DNA from: a virus
Lineage: Duplodnaviria; Caudoviricetes
Reading direction: 5' to 3' (one strand)
IMG/VR virus record: IMGVR_UViG_3300037067_013150
Span: 1 to 64,000 of that record
DNA: 64,000 nt
The notes below the pieces were generated by a model. The model was not told where the DNA came from. It did no database searches and saw only the letters and a list, made by a program, of their open reading frames with translations. The translations under genes and the position numbers were made by a program. This document shows, piece after piece, positions 29,463-38,699 of the stretch (positions within the stretch are counted from its first letter, which is position 1; each line of letters opens with the position of its first letter).

Positions 29463-29703
29463 TGAATCCTCCTTGTATTAAATAAATTAATTGTTCTGCT
29501 AAACTATATATAGATAGATTCTGTTGTAAAAATTCAATTAAACTTTTTCCATCTATAAATAAATAACATGAATTAGGTCTTGTAAATAAACAATTTTTAC
29601 AATTAAGGTTATGAATTCCAAGACAAGTTGGTTGACCAAGTACTTTATTATTTAATATTAAATACATTTGTATAAAATTTTTATAATTCTTTTTTAGCAT
29701 CAT
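29446..29703 (-). CDS. Hypothetical protein
   Basis: CLG...CKNC...C; between AAA and VWA genes. Confidence 0.65.
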   Translation of the reverse strand: MMLKKNYKNFIQMYLILNNKVLGQPTCLGIHNLNCKNCLFTRPNSCYLFIDGKSLIEFLQQNLSIYSLAEQLIYLIQGGFNGTNT

Positions 29704-29739
29704 ATTAATTCCCTTACTTTTAGTCTTAGGATAGAAAGT

Positions 29740-29761
29740 AGAGGGAGCAATTGCTCCCTCT
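29740..29761. terminator. Perfect 22-bp palindrome, probable terminator
   Basis: AGAGGGAGCAATTGCTCCCTCT just after the AAA stop. Confidence 0.6.
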
Positions 29762-29771
29762 CTAATCTATA

Positions 29772-30917
29772 TTAAGCAGCCCCAAGAAGTTTTATATATT
29801 TTTCAGATGCTTTACCAACCAACTTAGCAGCAGTTTTAATTTCTAGTAAATCTATTAGCATATTTGGAGTAACTTCAATAGCATTACGAAGAAGTAATAC
29901 TGCATGTTCATCATCAAATTGAAAGATAATTTCAAGTAATGCTTCAGCTGATTCCTTATCTTTCAATTTCTCATAATAACTAGAGATAGCAGCTATAAGA
30001 GCATACTTTTCTGATGTTTCAGTAGGAACATCAACATGCCTTGTTTTATATATCTTAGCTATATCATATGTTTTTGACATACGTACAAAGTCAATAACAT
30101 TCTTACCTATACTTGCACCAACAAATGAACCAATAAACATCTCTAACATAGGATAGTTTGATTCTATAAACTCAATGCCATCTATCTGTTTAGATGCTTT
30201 CTCCCATGTTCTTGGTGTAGCTATAACTGTAAGATCTTCTTCAATACTATCAGGATTATAATTATGTAATAGATCATCTCTAAACATTAAAAAGTATTGA
30301 ATATACTTATTAATATTATGAGTGGATGCATAATCTTCAATCCAACCAGTTCTTTCAGGATGACCATAGTTAGATACAAGAGGGATCATGAGTTCAACAT
30401 GAGCTACCCTATTCTTCAATGGCATATCCATTTCATTAACACCAGCCCTATCTGTCATAGTATTACCTGCACCTATAACCAAGAATCCTTCAGGTACATA
30501 GTAATCACCAAGCTTCCTTTCTTCCAACAACTGATACATATTCTTTTGTACCGCAGGAAAAGCACCATTACCTTCATCAAAGAATATGATACCTAATCCT
30601 TTCATGGGAAGCAAATCTGTAGTAAAATACTCTGCTGTCTTCCTTTCATAGTTAGGAACCATTAAACCTTTAATTTCACCAACATCAAATTGATGAAGAG
30701 GAATAACAATAACAGCAAAAGTATCATCAGAACAATCCTTTGCAGACCGAACAAACTTGAGGCCATGTTTCTCTGCATAAGCCCTACCAAATGCTTCTAT
30801 GATAGATGATTTACCTACACCAAATGTACCATGAACCCACATTGGTAGTTTAGTTGTAAAACATCTGTCAACAATCATAGTTAATTGTTTATGACTAACT
30901 TGTATTACATCTTTCAT
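29772..30917 (-). CDS. MoxR-like AAA+ ATPase
   Basis: Walker A GTFGVGKS, Walker B IFFDE, GAGN sensor, LKNR finger, ATPRTWE. Confidence 0.9.
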   Translation of the reverse strand: MKDVIQVSHKQLTMIVDRCFTTKLPMWVHGTFGVGKSSIIEAFGRAYAEKHGLKFVRSAKDCSDDTFAVIVIPLHQFDVGEIKGLMVPNYERKTAEYFTTDLLPMKGLGIIFFDEGNGAFPAVQKNMYQLLEERKLGDYYVPEGFLVIGAGNTMTDRAGVNEMDMPLKNRVAHVELMIPLVSNYGHPERTGWIEDYASTHNINKYIQYFLMFRDDLLHNYNPDSIEEDLTVIATPRTWEKASKQIDGIEFIESNYPMLEMFIGSFVGASIGKNVIDFVRMSKTYDIAKIYKTRHVDVPTETSEKYALIAAISSYYEKLKDKESAEALLEIIFQFDDEHAVLLLRNAIEVTPNMLIDLLEIKTAAKLVGKASEKYIKLLGAA

Positions 30918-30928
30918 TTAGTTCTCCT

Positions 30929-30957
30929 ATTATAATATGGACTAATTAAATAGTCAA
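30929..30957 (-). promoter_or_regulatory. Sigma70-type promoter
   Basis: Minus strand TTGACT-17-TATAAT directly upstream of the AAA gene. Confidence 0.6.
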
Positions 30958-30996
30958 TAAAATTGGCTAAAGAATATCTTTAGCCAATAGAATTCA

Positions 30997-31275
30997 CTAC
31001 TTAATACTATTCTTTTTCTTTCTTTTTATCTCCCTATCATATGCTTTATGCCATTTATTAATCAAATCTAATTCAGCAACAAAATGAACACTTTCATAAA
31101 CTGAAGGACCAAAATCTTTATAACCATGATATTTAATATAATTCCTCAATCGCATAGTTATATGTGGCATATCATTAAATACTTTTGTTATTGTTTGTAA
31201 TGTCCAACCAGCTATAGTATCAGTTTGTTTCTCTTCAAGATCTATATCTAATGGTTTAAATTTATTAAAAAACAT
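30997..31275 (-). CDS. Hypothetical protein
   Basis: Packed co-directional ORF. Confidence 0.7.
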   Translation of the reverse strand: MFFNKFKPLDIDLEEKQTDTIAGWTLQTITKVFNDMPHITMRLRNYIKYHGYKDFGPSVYESVHFVAELDLINKWHKAYDREIKRKKKNSIK

Positions 31276-31277
31276 TA

Positions 31278-31505
31278 TTATATCCTTATTATAAAATTAT
31301 ACACTTTATTTAATCTGTCTATTATTGTTTGAACATATTCTGCTTCATCTAATATTTCTTCAGGATTATTAATAAAGAGAGTAAGTTCAGTAATACATAT
31401 AGATAATTCTTGAGCCAACGATTCTTGTTTGTTTAAAGTAATACTATTTCTTTTTGGGTTTTTTCTTCTCATCTTTCTTTTTTTCCTCTTTAAAAAGATA
31501 ATCAA
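31278..31505 (-). CDS. Hypothetical protein (start may be 31472)
   Basis: Packed co-directional ORF. Confidence 0.6.
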   Translation of the reverse strand: MIIFLKRKKRKMRRKNPKRNSITLNKQESLAQELSICITELTLFINNPEEILDEAEYVQTIIDRLNKVYNFIIRI

Positions 31506-32436
31506 TAGCTTTTTCAGCTAGAGAAGATGCTGATAGAAGAATTTCTGGTTCAGCATCAAGAGTTTGCATCCATTTATCTACATGAAATGCAGATGATTTA
31601 GGTACGTCCATACCAAAGATATGACAAAGACCAGCAGAACCAATCTCTACTACCAATTGCTCTTTAGAATAATCCTCATCTTTTGTATCATTATCTTTAT
31701 ATCGTTTTAATATAGTAGGCATACCAGTTGCTGATATAATTTCTTTAAAAAGATCAATATAATAATTATTCTCTGATACAAATCTAGTAATCAAAGGTAT
31801 TGTAATTGTATTATCTAATACATTATAATAGGTTCGATTCCCTCCTTCAACCTTTTTGATACCAAATTTATTAAGAACTCGTTCAATGAATTGATCTGCA
31901 GATTCATTTCTCTTATTCTTTGATAGTTTATCTACAGACAATTCTTTTACAGGCAATCCTTCTACATCAGTAATAGGATATACAGTAAAGGCACGATAAG
32001 TCCATCCCCAAAAACCTGTCCTCTTTTTATACTCCTCATCTGTTTCCCCTTTCCTTTTTGGTTTAGGAAACCAAGCCACAACTACATAAGGAGTAGCATT
32101 AGGTTTAAGAGTTGCATTATAATCCTTCTCTGCATTACTTTTAGTAATAAACAAATCACAAGGTACATAAGAAAGCAAAGGAACATTCCATCCACGATAC
32201 GGTTTCAGTGTAGTATAATTCATCTTACGTTGCTCAATCCATTCTTTTTCTTGAAATGGAAGAACGATATCTTCATTAGATTCTTGTATACGTTTGGTAA
32301 GGATCTGTGCATTCATCCTCTTAATAACTTGCTCCAATGCTATTTGTACTTGTTGTCTACTCGTTGGCCCTTTATGAAGGGTTTCTCCTTCAGGAAGAGT
32401 AGTTCCTTTAGTTTCTTTTTCAATAGTTTCTACCAT
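31444..32436 (-). CDS. ArdC-like ssDNA-binding / zincin-fold protein, metal site degenerate
   Basis: PYRGWNVPLL N-domain; YYIDLFKEIISATG and YSKEQLVVEIGSAGLC where ArdC-type proteins have HExxH and EELxAE. Confidence 0.75.
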   Translation of the reverse strand: MVETIEKETKGTTLPEGETLHKGPTSRQQVQIALEQVIKRMNAQILTKRIQESNEDIVLPFQEKEWIEQRKMNYTTLKPYRGWNVPLLSYVPCDLFITKSNAEKDYNATLKPNATPYVVVAWFPKPKRKGETDEEYKKRTGFWGWTYRAFTVYPITDVEGLPVKELSVDKLSKNKRNESADQFIERVLNKFGIKKVEGGNRTYYNVLDNTITIPLITRFVSENNYYIDLFKEIISATGMPTILKRYKDNDTKDEDYSKEQLVVEIGSAGLCHIFGMDVPKSSAFHVDKWMQTLDAEPEILLSASSLAEKAIDYLFKEEKKKDEKKKPKKK

Positions 32437-32458
32437 ATTTATCTCCTTCTATTTTTAA

Positions 32459-32743
32459 TTATATTAAAGGTAAATACATTTTATCTTTAACTTTAGCAAC
32501 AATCTCTCGACACATTAATACACTAGCTTCATTACGCAAATCAAAATAATTATCAGGTAATTCAGCTGTTTGATGAATAAGTTCTACAACCATTCTCCAA
32601 AAAGCTTGTTGCAATGTCCTATGTTCATGTTGTAATTCTTCTTTAAATACTTTAGTAAGCATATGATCCGCACCATTAATTTTTCTAAACATATTTTTAA
32701 CAATGTCTATACATTCTTGTTCTTCTTTTTTTTCGTCATACAT
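32459..32743 (-). CDS. Hypothetical protein (EHRTLQQ...DLRNEAS)
   Basis: Packed co-directional ORF. Confidence 0.8.
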   Translation of the reverse strand: MYDEKKEEQECIDIVKNMFRKINGADHMLTKVFKEELQHEHRTLQQAFWRMVVELIHQTAELPDNYFDLRNEASVLMCREIVAKVKDKMYLPLI

Positions 32744-33147
32744 GTTTCATCTCCTATTTTATTGAAATGTATTATTGTATCAAATGAACCATCTCCACCA
32801 GTACTTATAAAATGTGTATACTCTGATTGTTTTTCAAAGTATTTTGTTTTCTTTAAGAAAGGCATCCACTTCTCATCACTAGGTTCACCAGATGAAAACA
32901 AATAACATACATCACCAATGACTACTTTTCCAGTAGTATATAAAATAAATCTTTTTATAGCACACTCATGAATAAATACATCAACTTCATATTTTCCTGG
33001 TTTAAGTTTAACCAATTTACAACATCTTTTTGCAGTAGCTCCATAATAACCACCACAATATTTTATATAATCCAAATCAACAACACTTATATTACCCGCA
33101 TCAACACCAAATACATCTTTAATAACTATATGATTTAAAAGTTTCAT
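32707..33147 (-). CDS. Hypothetical phage protein (IGDVCY...TGGDGSF)
   Basis: Packed co-directional ORF. Confidence 0.75.
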   Translation of the reverse strand: MKLLNHIVIKDVFGVDAGNISVVDLDYIKYCGGYYGATAKRCCKLVKLKPGKYEVDVFIHECAIKRFILYTTGKVVIGDVCYLFSSGEPSDEKWMPFLKKTKYFEKQSEYTHFISTGGDGSFDTIIHFNKIGDETCMTKKKKNKNV

Positions 33148-33515
33148 TGTATTGCCTCTTTTATTTGTACAAAATCAACACATTCTGAATAGTAACCATT
33201 AGATTCACCAAACCAAGTTATATCTACACTACCTTTATTAGTTCTAAACTTATAAAAGGTCCATGTACTGCTTTCAAAACTATCTTCTTCACTACCATCT
33301 TGACTTACTTCTTCAGCAGATATAATAGGTGAATCTATAAGATCCATTATATCTCCATGTATCTCTTTAATTTCAACAGATTCACAACAATCTTGTTCAT
33401 GATACATACGATATTCAGATCCATCGTCACATCTAAATGTTAATTCATTAACATCTTGTATAATAGTTTTAATAACTTTTCCTATTAATTCAGTAAGTGA
33501 TACAACATTTTTCAT
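33144..33515 (-). CDS. Conserved phage protein (HEQDCCE / SNGYYSE, DUF7448-like)
   Basis: Motif recognition only. Confidence 0.7.
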   Translation of the reverse strand: MKNVVSLTELIGKVIKTIIQDVNELTFRCDDGSEYRMYHEQDCCESVEIKEIHGDIMDLIDSPIISAEEVSQDGSEEDSFESSTWTFYKFRTNKGSVDITWFGESNGYYSECVDFVQIKEAIQ

Positions 33516-33622
33516 AATACTTTACTCCTCATAAGTAATCTAGAAAAGCTCCTCTCCTGCAGTAGAAGAGCTAAATTGGATTACTCATGAGTTCCTCCTT
33601 TTATATTTTAATAATTTTATAT

Positions 33623-34327
33623 TCATGGTATATCTTGATAAGATTCAATTGTATTATTATTTGTATAGTTATTACCATTATTATCTTTCTTATTAATTAA
33701 TGAATTAGTTATGATTTCTTTTTCATTCTCTTCTATAATCATTTGTTGTTTCATGGCCTCTTCTTTTTCTTTTTTAATACGTTGTTGTACTAACCATATT
33801 TGTACTCGTCTATTCCATTCCTTCTGTACAATTTCTGTTGATATACCTGTCACAAGATCAAATTGATTTATACTTTTAGGAAGATACAAATATTTAAGTT
33901 GAATAATAAAATTCTGAAAAATATTATTATTAGCTGGTATAATTTGAACAAGTAAATTAGTTTCTTTATTATAAATATAAGTATCATTTTGTACACCAAT
34001 TACTTTTTCAATATAATTAAAAATAAATTTTCCAAAATCTGCTTCTTCAATAATCTTAGGATTATCAATTGTACTTTGTGAAAGAATATGTTCTTCAGAA
34101 AATTCTATATTAGCTGTTGCTCCATTATAATTTTCTTCAAATGAAAGTTTTTCATTTAACTGTTTTTGCATATGAAATATACCTACATTATATTTATATG
34201 TTTTATAAAAATATATCATGCAAGTACACATAAAAATTATTGTTATAAGTTTATAAGCTATAGTCGTTATTGACATAATTTTATTAATCGGATGCATAGA
34301 TCCGAAATCAATTGCTTGTGCATTCAT
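33623..34327 (-). CDS. Membrane-anchored hypothetical protein
   Basis: N-terminal TM helix. Confidence 0.75.
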   Translation of the reverse strand: MNAQAIDFGSMHPINKIMSITTIAYKLITIIFMCTCMIYFYKTYKYNVGIFHMQKQLNEKLSFEENYNGATANIEFSEEHILSQSTIDNPKIIEEADFGKFIFNYIEKVIGVQNDTYIYNKETNLLVQIIPANNNIFQNFIIQLKYLYLPKSINQFDLVTGISTEIVQKEWNRRVQIWLVQQRIKKEKEEAMKQQMIIEENEKEIITNSLINKKDNNGNNYTNNNTIESYQDIP

Positions 34328-34439
34328 CTTGAGACCTCCATAAATAAATTATTAAGTTCAGTGATTAATTAAATCAAAGTACTTAAAAAAAAGCCCTCTA
34401 TTACTAAAAGGGCTTAAGTTCAAATGCTCTGTTTAAATT

Positions 34440-34955
34440 TTATATATTTGATTTAAATTGATGTTCTGAAACTTTATTAAAAAATTCTTCTATTTCTTTT
34501 TGTGTAGATATTCTATAACACAATCTAGATTCAGGAAGATTGTTTCCAATGTTTCCATCTATTCTAATATGTCCACCTTGTTGATAACTTTTAAGAATAA
34601 GTGGTGTATTAAGAGGATAATTATGAGAATTAGGATTTTTAGTGGGTACTACAGAAATAAAAGGAATAATTGTACATGAATCTTTATATATAATTTTTTC
34701 TCCAATAACAATCGACAAAAAATCACAAGCAGCTTTTTGTTTACAACCAAAATTAACTTGTCCTTTATTAAAAAGATCTCCAATATCTTTTGCCAACTTT
34801 GACCTATCGTCTTTTAAATCTTCTCTAGCAGCGTACAATTCTGTTCTCTTTTTTATAATATTAATAATATTATCAAGAGACTCTTTTTTCATATAAGTTG
34901 CAAGTTCTTTTTGTGATAGTGACAAATCTTCATAAAATTTCACAGATTTTTTCAT
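34440..34955 (-). CDS. Tandem paralog 3 (HNYPL family)
   Basis: VP...HNYPL..P...DG..GN...T.KEI shared with its neighbours. Confidence 0.85.
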   Translation of the reverse strand: MKKSVKFYEDLSLSQKELATYMKKESLDNIINIIKKRTELYAAREDLKDDRSKLAKDIGDLFNKGQVNFGCKQKAACDFLSIVIGEKIIYKDSCTIIPFISVVPTKNPNSHNYPLNTPLILKSYQQGGHIRIDGNIGNNLPESRLCYRISTQKEIEEFFNKVSEHQFKSNI

Positions 34956-34971
34956 AATATATAATCTCCTA

Positions 34972-35427
34972 TTAAAGTTTTATATTTGCAATAAATTCTT
35001 TTATTTCTTTTTCAGTAGCAGGTCGAATAAATTCTAACTTCGTTGTTAAACTATTACCAAGATTACCATCAAATGTAATACCATGCTGTCCAAATACTAT
35101 TAGTGTTGGTTTATTCAAAGGATAATTATGACTATCTACTATTTTTTCTATGGGTACAATCATAGTAAAAGGTTTAAAAAAGTCAGTAGAACTAATATTA
35201 ATAGGTTCATCCAAAACAATAGAAAAAAGTTCAGCAATTTGAGATTGTCTATTATCAAAATTATTAATATTTTTAAGAAAATTTTCAATCTCTAGTACTC
35301 GTTTACTTTTAGATATATTTTTTTCTTTTATATATCCTTTATATCCATTTTTAGCAGCCCATTTATAAGTGTTATTAATAATAATTTGATCCAAAGTAAG
35401 CTCTTTTTTAGGCATTTTAATCTCCAT
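34972..35427 (-). CDS. Tandem paralog 2 (HNYPL family)
   Basis: Same motifs. Confidence 0.85.
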   Translation of the reverse strand: MEIKMPKKELTLDQIIINNTYKWAAKNGYKGYIKEKNISKSKRVLEIENFLKNINNFDNRQSQIAELFSIVLDEPINISSTDFFKPFTMIVPIEKIVDSHNYPLNKPTLIVFGQHGITFDGNLGNSLTTKLEFIRPATEKEIKEFIANIKL

Positions 35428-35516
35428 TTTTAAAAATATTTATCTATATATTTAAAATAGATAAGAATGCCCTCCTATAAATAGAAGGGCATATATTATT
35501 TATTTTAAATTAATAC

Positions 35517-36008
35517 TTATTTTTTATATTCTTCAAAGAATTTATAAATTTCTTCTTTAGTAGCGGGTCGAATGGAGTTCTTTTGAACTGTCATATTATT
35601 TCCACTTATTCCATCACTTCTTATACCTATTTGACTACTATTACACATAAGAACAGGAAAATCCAAAGGATAATTATGTCCATTATCAGATATAAGAGGG
35701 ACAATCATTACTCCTTTCTCAAAAGATACTTTCTTATTATCATTAATAATTATTTCTTCACCAATAATTAGGCTAATAATTTTAGCTAAATCTTCTTCTT
35801 TACCATTAAAATTGTTTGTTTTTAGACATTGTTCAATTTTAATTGCCTTCTCACTCTTAATCCTTTCTATGCAATAACCAGGATATTCATATTTTCCAGC
35901 CCATTTATTTGTACGTTCAAGTGTGATATCTTCAATTGATTTAATTTCACTTGATTTAATTTCACTTTTTGATTGTTCAACAATTTTTTTAGATACTTTT
36001 TTAGTCAT
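35517..36008 (-). CDS. Tandem paralog 1 (HNYPL family)
   Basis: Same motifs. Confidence 0.85.
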   Translation of the reverse strand: MTKKVSKKIVEQSKSEIKSSEIKSIEDITLERTNKWAGKYEYPGYCIERIKSEKAIKIEQCLKTNNFNGKEEDLAKIISLIIGEEIIINDNKKVSFEKGVMIVPLISDNGHNYPLDFPVLMCNSSQIGIRSDGISGNNMTVQKNSIRPATKEEIYKFFEEYKK

Positions 36009-36031
36009 AAAAATCTCCTTTTTAAATTAAT

Positions 36032-36157
36032 TTAAAATATAATATCATTTGATAAATATACTTCAATATCCTTTTTATCACATTTGGAACATTGAGAATT
36101 TGGTATACAATCATAAACTTCAGCCCATTTATGATTACAATTAGGACATTTATACAT
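36032..36157 (-). CDS. Small Zn-ribbon protein
   Basis: MYKCPNC...CSKC; start uncertain. Confidence 0.6.
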   Translation of the reverse strand: MYKCPNCNHKWAEVYDCIPNSQCSKCDKKDIEVYLSNDIIF

Positions 36158-36195
36158 ATTAAGATATCCAATAAAAGAGGTTCGATTCCCCTCCA

Positions 36196-36462
36196 TTATA
36201 CACAACCCCCACAACAAACATAATACTCTGATAGCTTATCAGATACAGCTTTTTGTACCTCTTCACTATATTCTTTAGCATCCTCCTCATTCCAAATAAG
36301 TTCTCCTGATTCAACATGATCATTCCAATCATCATCAAACCATACAGAACCAGTAGAATGACAACAATACTTCTCTTGATATATTTCAATCCCATCCTTA
36401 ATAATGGTTAAATTACCCATACAAGTACAAGGATATTCACCATCATATTCTACTTGTATCAT
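36196..36462 (-). CDS. Hypothetical phage protein (YDGEYPCTCMG...CCGGCV)
   Basis: GGAG upstream. Confidence 0.8.
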   Translation of the reverse strand: MIQVEYDGEYPCTCMGNLTIIKDGIEIYQEKYCCHSTGSVWFDDDWNDHVESGELIWNEEDAKEYSEEVQKAVSDKLSEYYVCCGGCV

Positions 36463-36472
36463 ATATTATCTC

Positions 36473-36817
36473 CTATTTAAAAAGACTATTAATAATTTTA
36501 TATGTTTCTTTATACCATTTATATGATATTTTATTTATATTAGTAAAGTCGTTTTTATAACATATAGTTCTACTTCCTGTATATTGACACCCACTACATC
36601 CAAACTCCATCATAAGACAAAAAGGACACACAATAGTCTCTAAACCTTTAATATTTTTACTACTTTCTATAGTTTCTCCTATAGTTTTCCAAATCCGTTT
36701 AGATTCTTCTTTTGAAAGATTATTAATTGTTATTACATCATCAAGTGTATGATAATTAGGTTCTTCTAATATTCTTCCCTTTTCATATTGAAAGAGATTA
36801 ATTTTTTTACTACTCAT
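36473..36817 (-). CDS. Cys-cluster paralog
   Basis: CPFC...CSGCQY. Confidence 0.75.
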   Translation of the reverse strand: MSSKKINLFQYEKGRILEEPNYHTLDDVITINNLSKEESKRIWKTIGETIESSKNIKGLETIVCPFCLMMEFGCSGCQYTGSRTICYKNDFTNINKISYKWYKETYKIINSLFK

Positions 36818-36931
36818 TATATTACTCCAATATCATATTTTATCTTATTACAATTAGAACATAAATATAAAAATACTACTTTTATATTGGGTATCTTTAC
36901 TGTATATCTATATTGTAATTTGGTATTACAA

Positions 36932-37435
36932 TTAGGACAATTCATTTTCCTTTAATACCTCTTTCAAAAGTTTAGTTATAGTTTCAACATTCGTATTAAT
37001 ATTTTTTAAAGTTGTATCAATAAACAATAGTTTAGTTTGTCTATCATGTTTCTTTTCTTCAATAGTTCTAGTATCATTAATCTTTTCAATAGTTTTTATA
37101 AACCATTCTTCAGACAAAGAATTTTTAATATCAGGATTTTCTTTTAATTGTTTTTGAAAATTTGAACTATTATCTGAACATTCTTTATTATTATGATGTT
37201 TCCTATACAAACATTTAATACAATCATACCCATAATATATACAAAATGGACAAGAGTTTGATTCAACACCAAAAAAATAAGCCTTATTTTTACAAATATG
37301 TTTCCAAACTTCTTCTGATTTAGTATTATTCCATTTTTTAATACATTCTTTATCTTTTGATATGAAATATGTTTTCCATAACATATCTCTTTTAGCTTCC
37401 ATAAATTTAATAATTTTTTCTTTAGATGCGTTCAT
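36932..37435 (-). CDS. Cys-cluster paralog
   Basis: CPFC...CIKCLY. Confidence 0.8.
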   Translation of the reverse strand: MNASKEKIIKFMEAKRDMLWKTYFISKDKECIKKWNNTKSEEVWKHICKNKAYFFGVESNSCPFCIYYGYDCIKCLYRKHHNNKECSDNSSNFQKQLKENPDIKNSLSEEWFIKTIEKINDTRTIEEKKHDRQTKLLFIDTTLKNINTNVETITKLLKEVLKENELS

Positions 37436-37512
37436 ATAATCTCCTTATCATTTTATTTTAAATACCTAAAAAGTGGCTCCATAATTTAGAGCCGTAATTT
37501 AATTATTTAAAA

Positions 37513-38127
37513 TTATAGCCTAACTAAAAAACTCTTATATCGTTTTAAATATTTATGTCTTTTCTGTTTCAAGTGTGGATAAAAATAACCACTAGGTCCA
37601 CAATTATATGCAACAAAATGAGCATATTTTTCATTTACTCCTCTCTTTCGTAATTGTTTCTTAAAATCTTTTAATACCAAAGCTCCTGACATAACATTAA
37701 CTGATATATCAAATATATTATTTGTATATGTTATATTATGTTTCTTCAATAATCGTTTAGCTGCAGTATATCGTTTTTTAAGATGTGGACTATTTTGTTG
37801 TACTAATCCATAATCATATGATTTATTATTATTAGGTCCACCTATTACATATATATCCATATCAGATTCAGTAAGTATAGTTGATAGCATCTTTTTATGA
37901 TTAATACCTACATATTTTTCTACAGCTATAAGAACAATTGTTAATTTATTAACATTTTTTGGTGTCCATTGTTTAAGTATTCGTTTATTATCTCCTTCAA
38001 ATTTATGTAATGCTTTGTATATATTTGATTTAACATATTCTCTATACGGTTTATTCATAGTAGAATAAGCACTTGTTTGTACAAATAAACATACAAAGCA
38101 TATAAGAAATATGATTTTCTTAATCAT
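37513..38127 (-). CDS. Secreted lytic transglycosylase (SLT-like)
   Basis: Signal peptide; catalytic TES, YGLVQ, N..SGA..L, AYNCG. Confidence 0.85.
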   Translation of the reverse strand: MIKKIIFLICFVCLFVQTSAYSTMNKPYREYVKSNIYKALHKFEGDNKRILKQWTPKNVNKLTIVLIAVEKYVGINHKKMLSTILTESDMDIYVIGGPNNNKSYDYGLVQQNSPHLKKRYTAAKRLLKKHNITYTNNIFDISVNVMSGALVLKDFKKQLRKRGVNEKYAHFVAYNCGPSGYFYPHLKQKRHKYLKRYKSFLVRL

Positions 38128-38138
38128 GTTAATCTCCT

Positions 38139-38405
38139 TTAATTATCATTAAATTTATCTCCATATTCTAATAAAACTGTTAATATTTCAGCATTATTAA
38201 AATCTTTTAAAGCTTCTTTAATAAAATATTTTTTTTGAGAACCAAAAGCAGTCCCATCATAAGCAGGCTGACATTGTTTTCGTATATAACACTCACTACA
38301 ATATATATGTCCAAAAGCATAAAAAGGATTACATCTTTCAAAAGTTTTTATACTTAATAAGGCAACTAATTGTTTCTTTCTTAAATCATCCATAATAATC
38401 TCCAA
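38139..38405 (-). CDS. Hypothetical protein
   Basis: C...CSEC...C cluster. Confidence 0.7.
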   Translation of the reverse strand: MEIIMDDLRKKQLVALLSIKTFERCNPFYAFGHIYCSECYIRKQCQPAYDGTAFGSQKKYFIKEALKDFNNAEILTVLLEYGDKFNDN

Positions 38406-38412
38406 TTAAGTA

Positions 38413-38460
38413 TTTAAGGATCGACTCTCCATTCAAGAGAGTCTTACCTTAATTATTTAA
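38413..38460. repeat. Intergenic hairpin element, copy 1
   Basis: TTTAAGGATCGACTC ... AGTCTTACCTTAATTATTTAA; arms identical to 40804-40857. Confidence 0.8.
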
Positions 38461-38678
38461 TCTTCTTCTTTATATGCTTCTTCATTAAGTTCATTATCAA
38501 TATCTTTTTCTTTTCTATTATCAGGTATTCCCATCATTGTAGAAAAGGCAGCACATAAAGCTACAACAATAATAACTATACCTTGACTACTAAAAGCAGA
38601 TATAGCTATTAATGAAACCCAAGGTATCGCATAAATAATAATTTGTTTTATAGTTATATCTTCACTATCAATTTTCAT
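38457..38678 (-). CDS. Small 2-TM membrane protein
   Basis: Hydrophobic hairpin. Confidence 0.8.
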   Translation of the reverse strand: MKIDSEDITIKQIIIYAIPWVSLIAISAFSSQGIVIIVVALCAAFSTMMGIPDNRKEKDIDNELNEEAYKEED

Positions 38679-38699
38679 ATTCTATTCTCCTAAATCTAA

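Noticed and set aside
35019-35575. GGTCGAAT near-matches at about 35020 and 35565 as motif copies
   Set aside because: They encode the conserved IRPAT peptide of the tandem paralogs and lack the 3' pyrimidine arm
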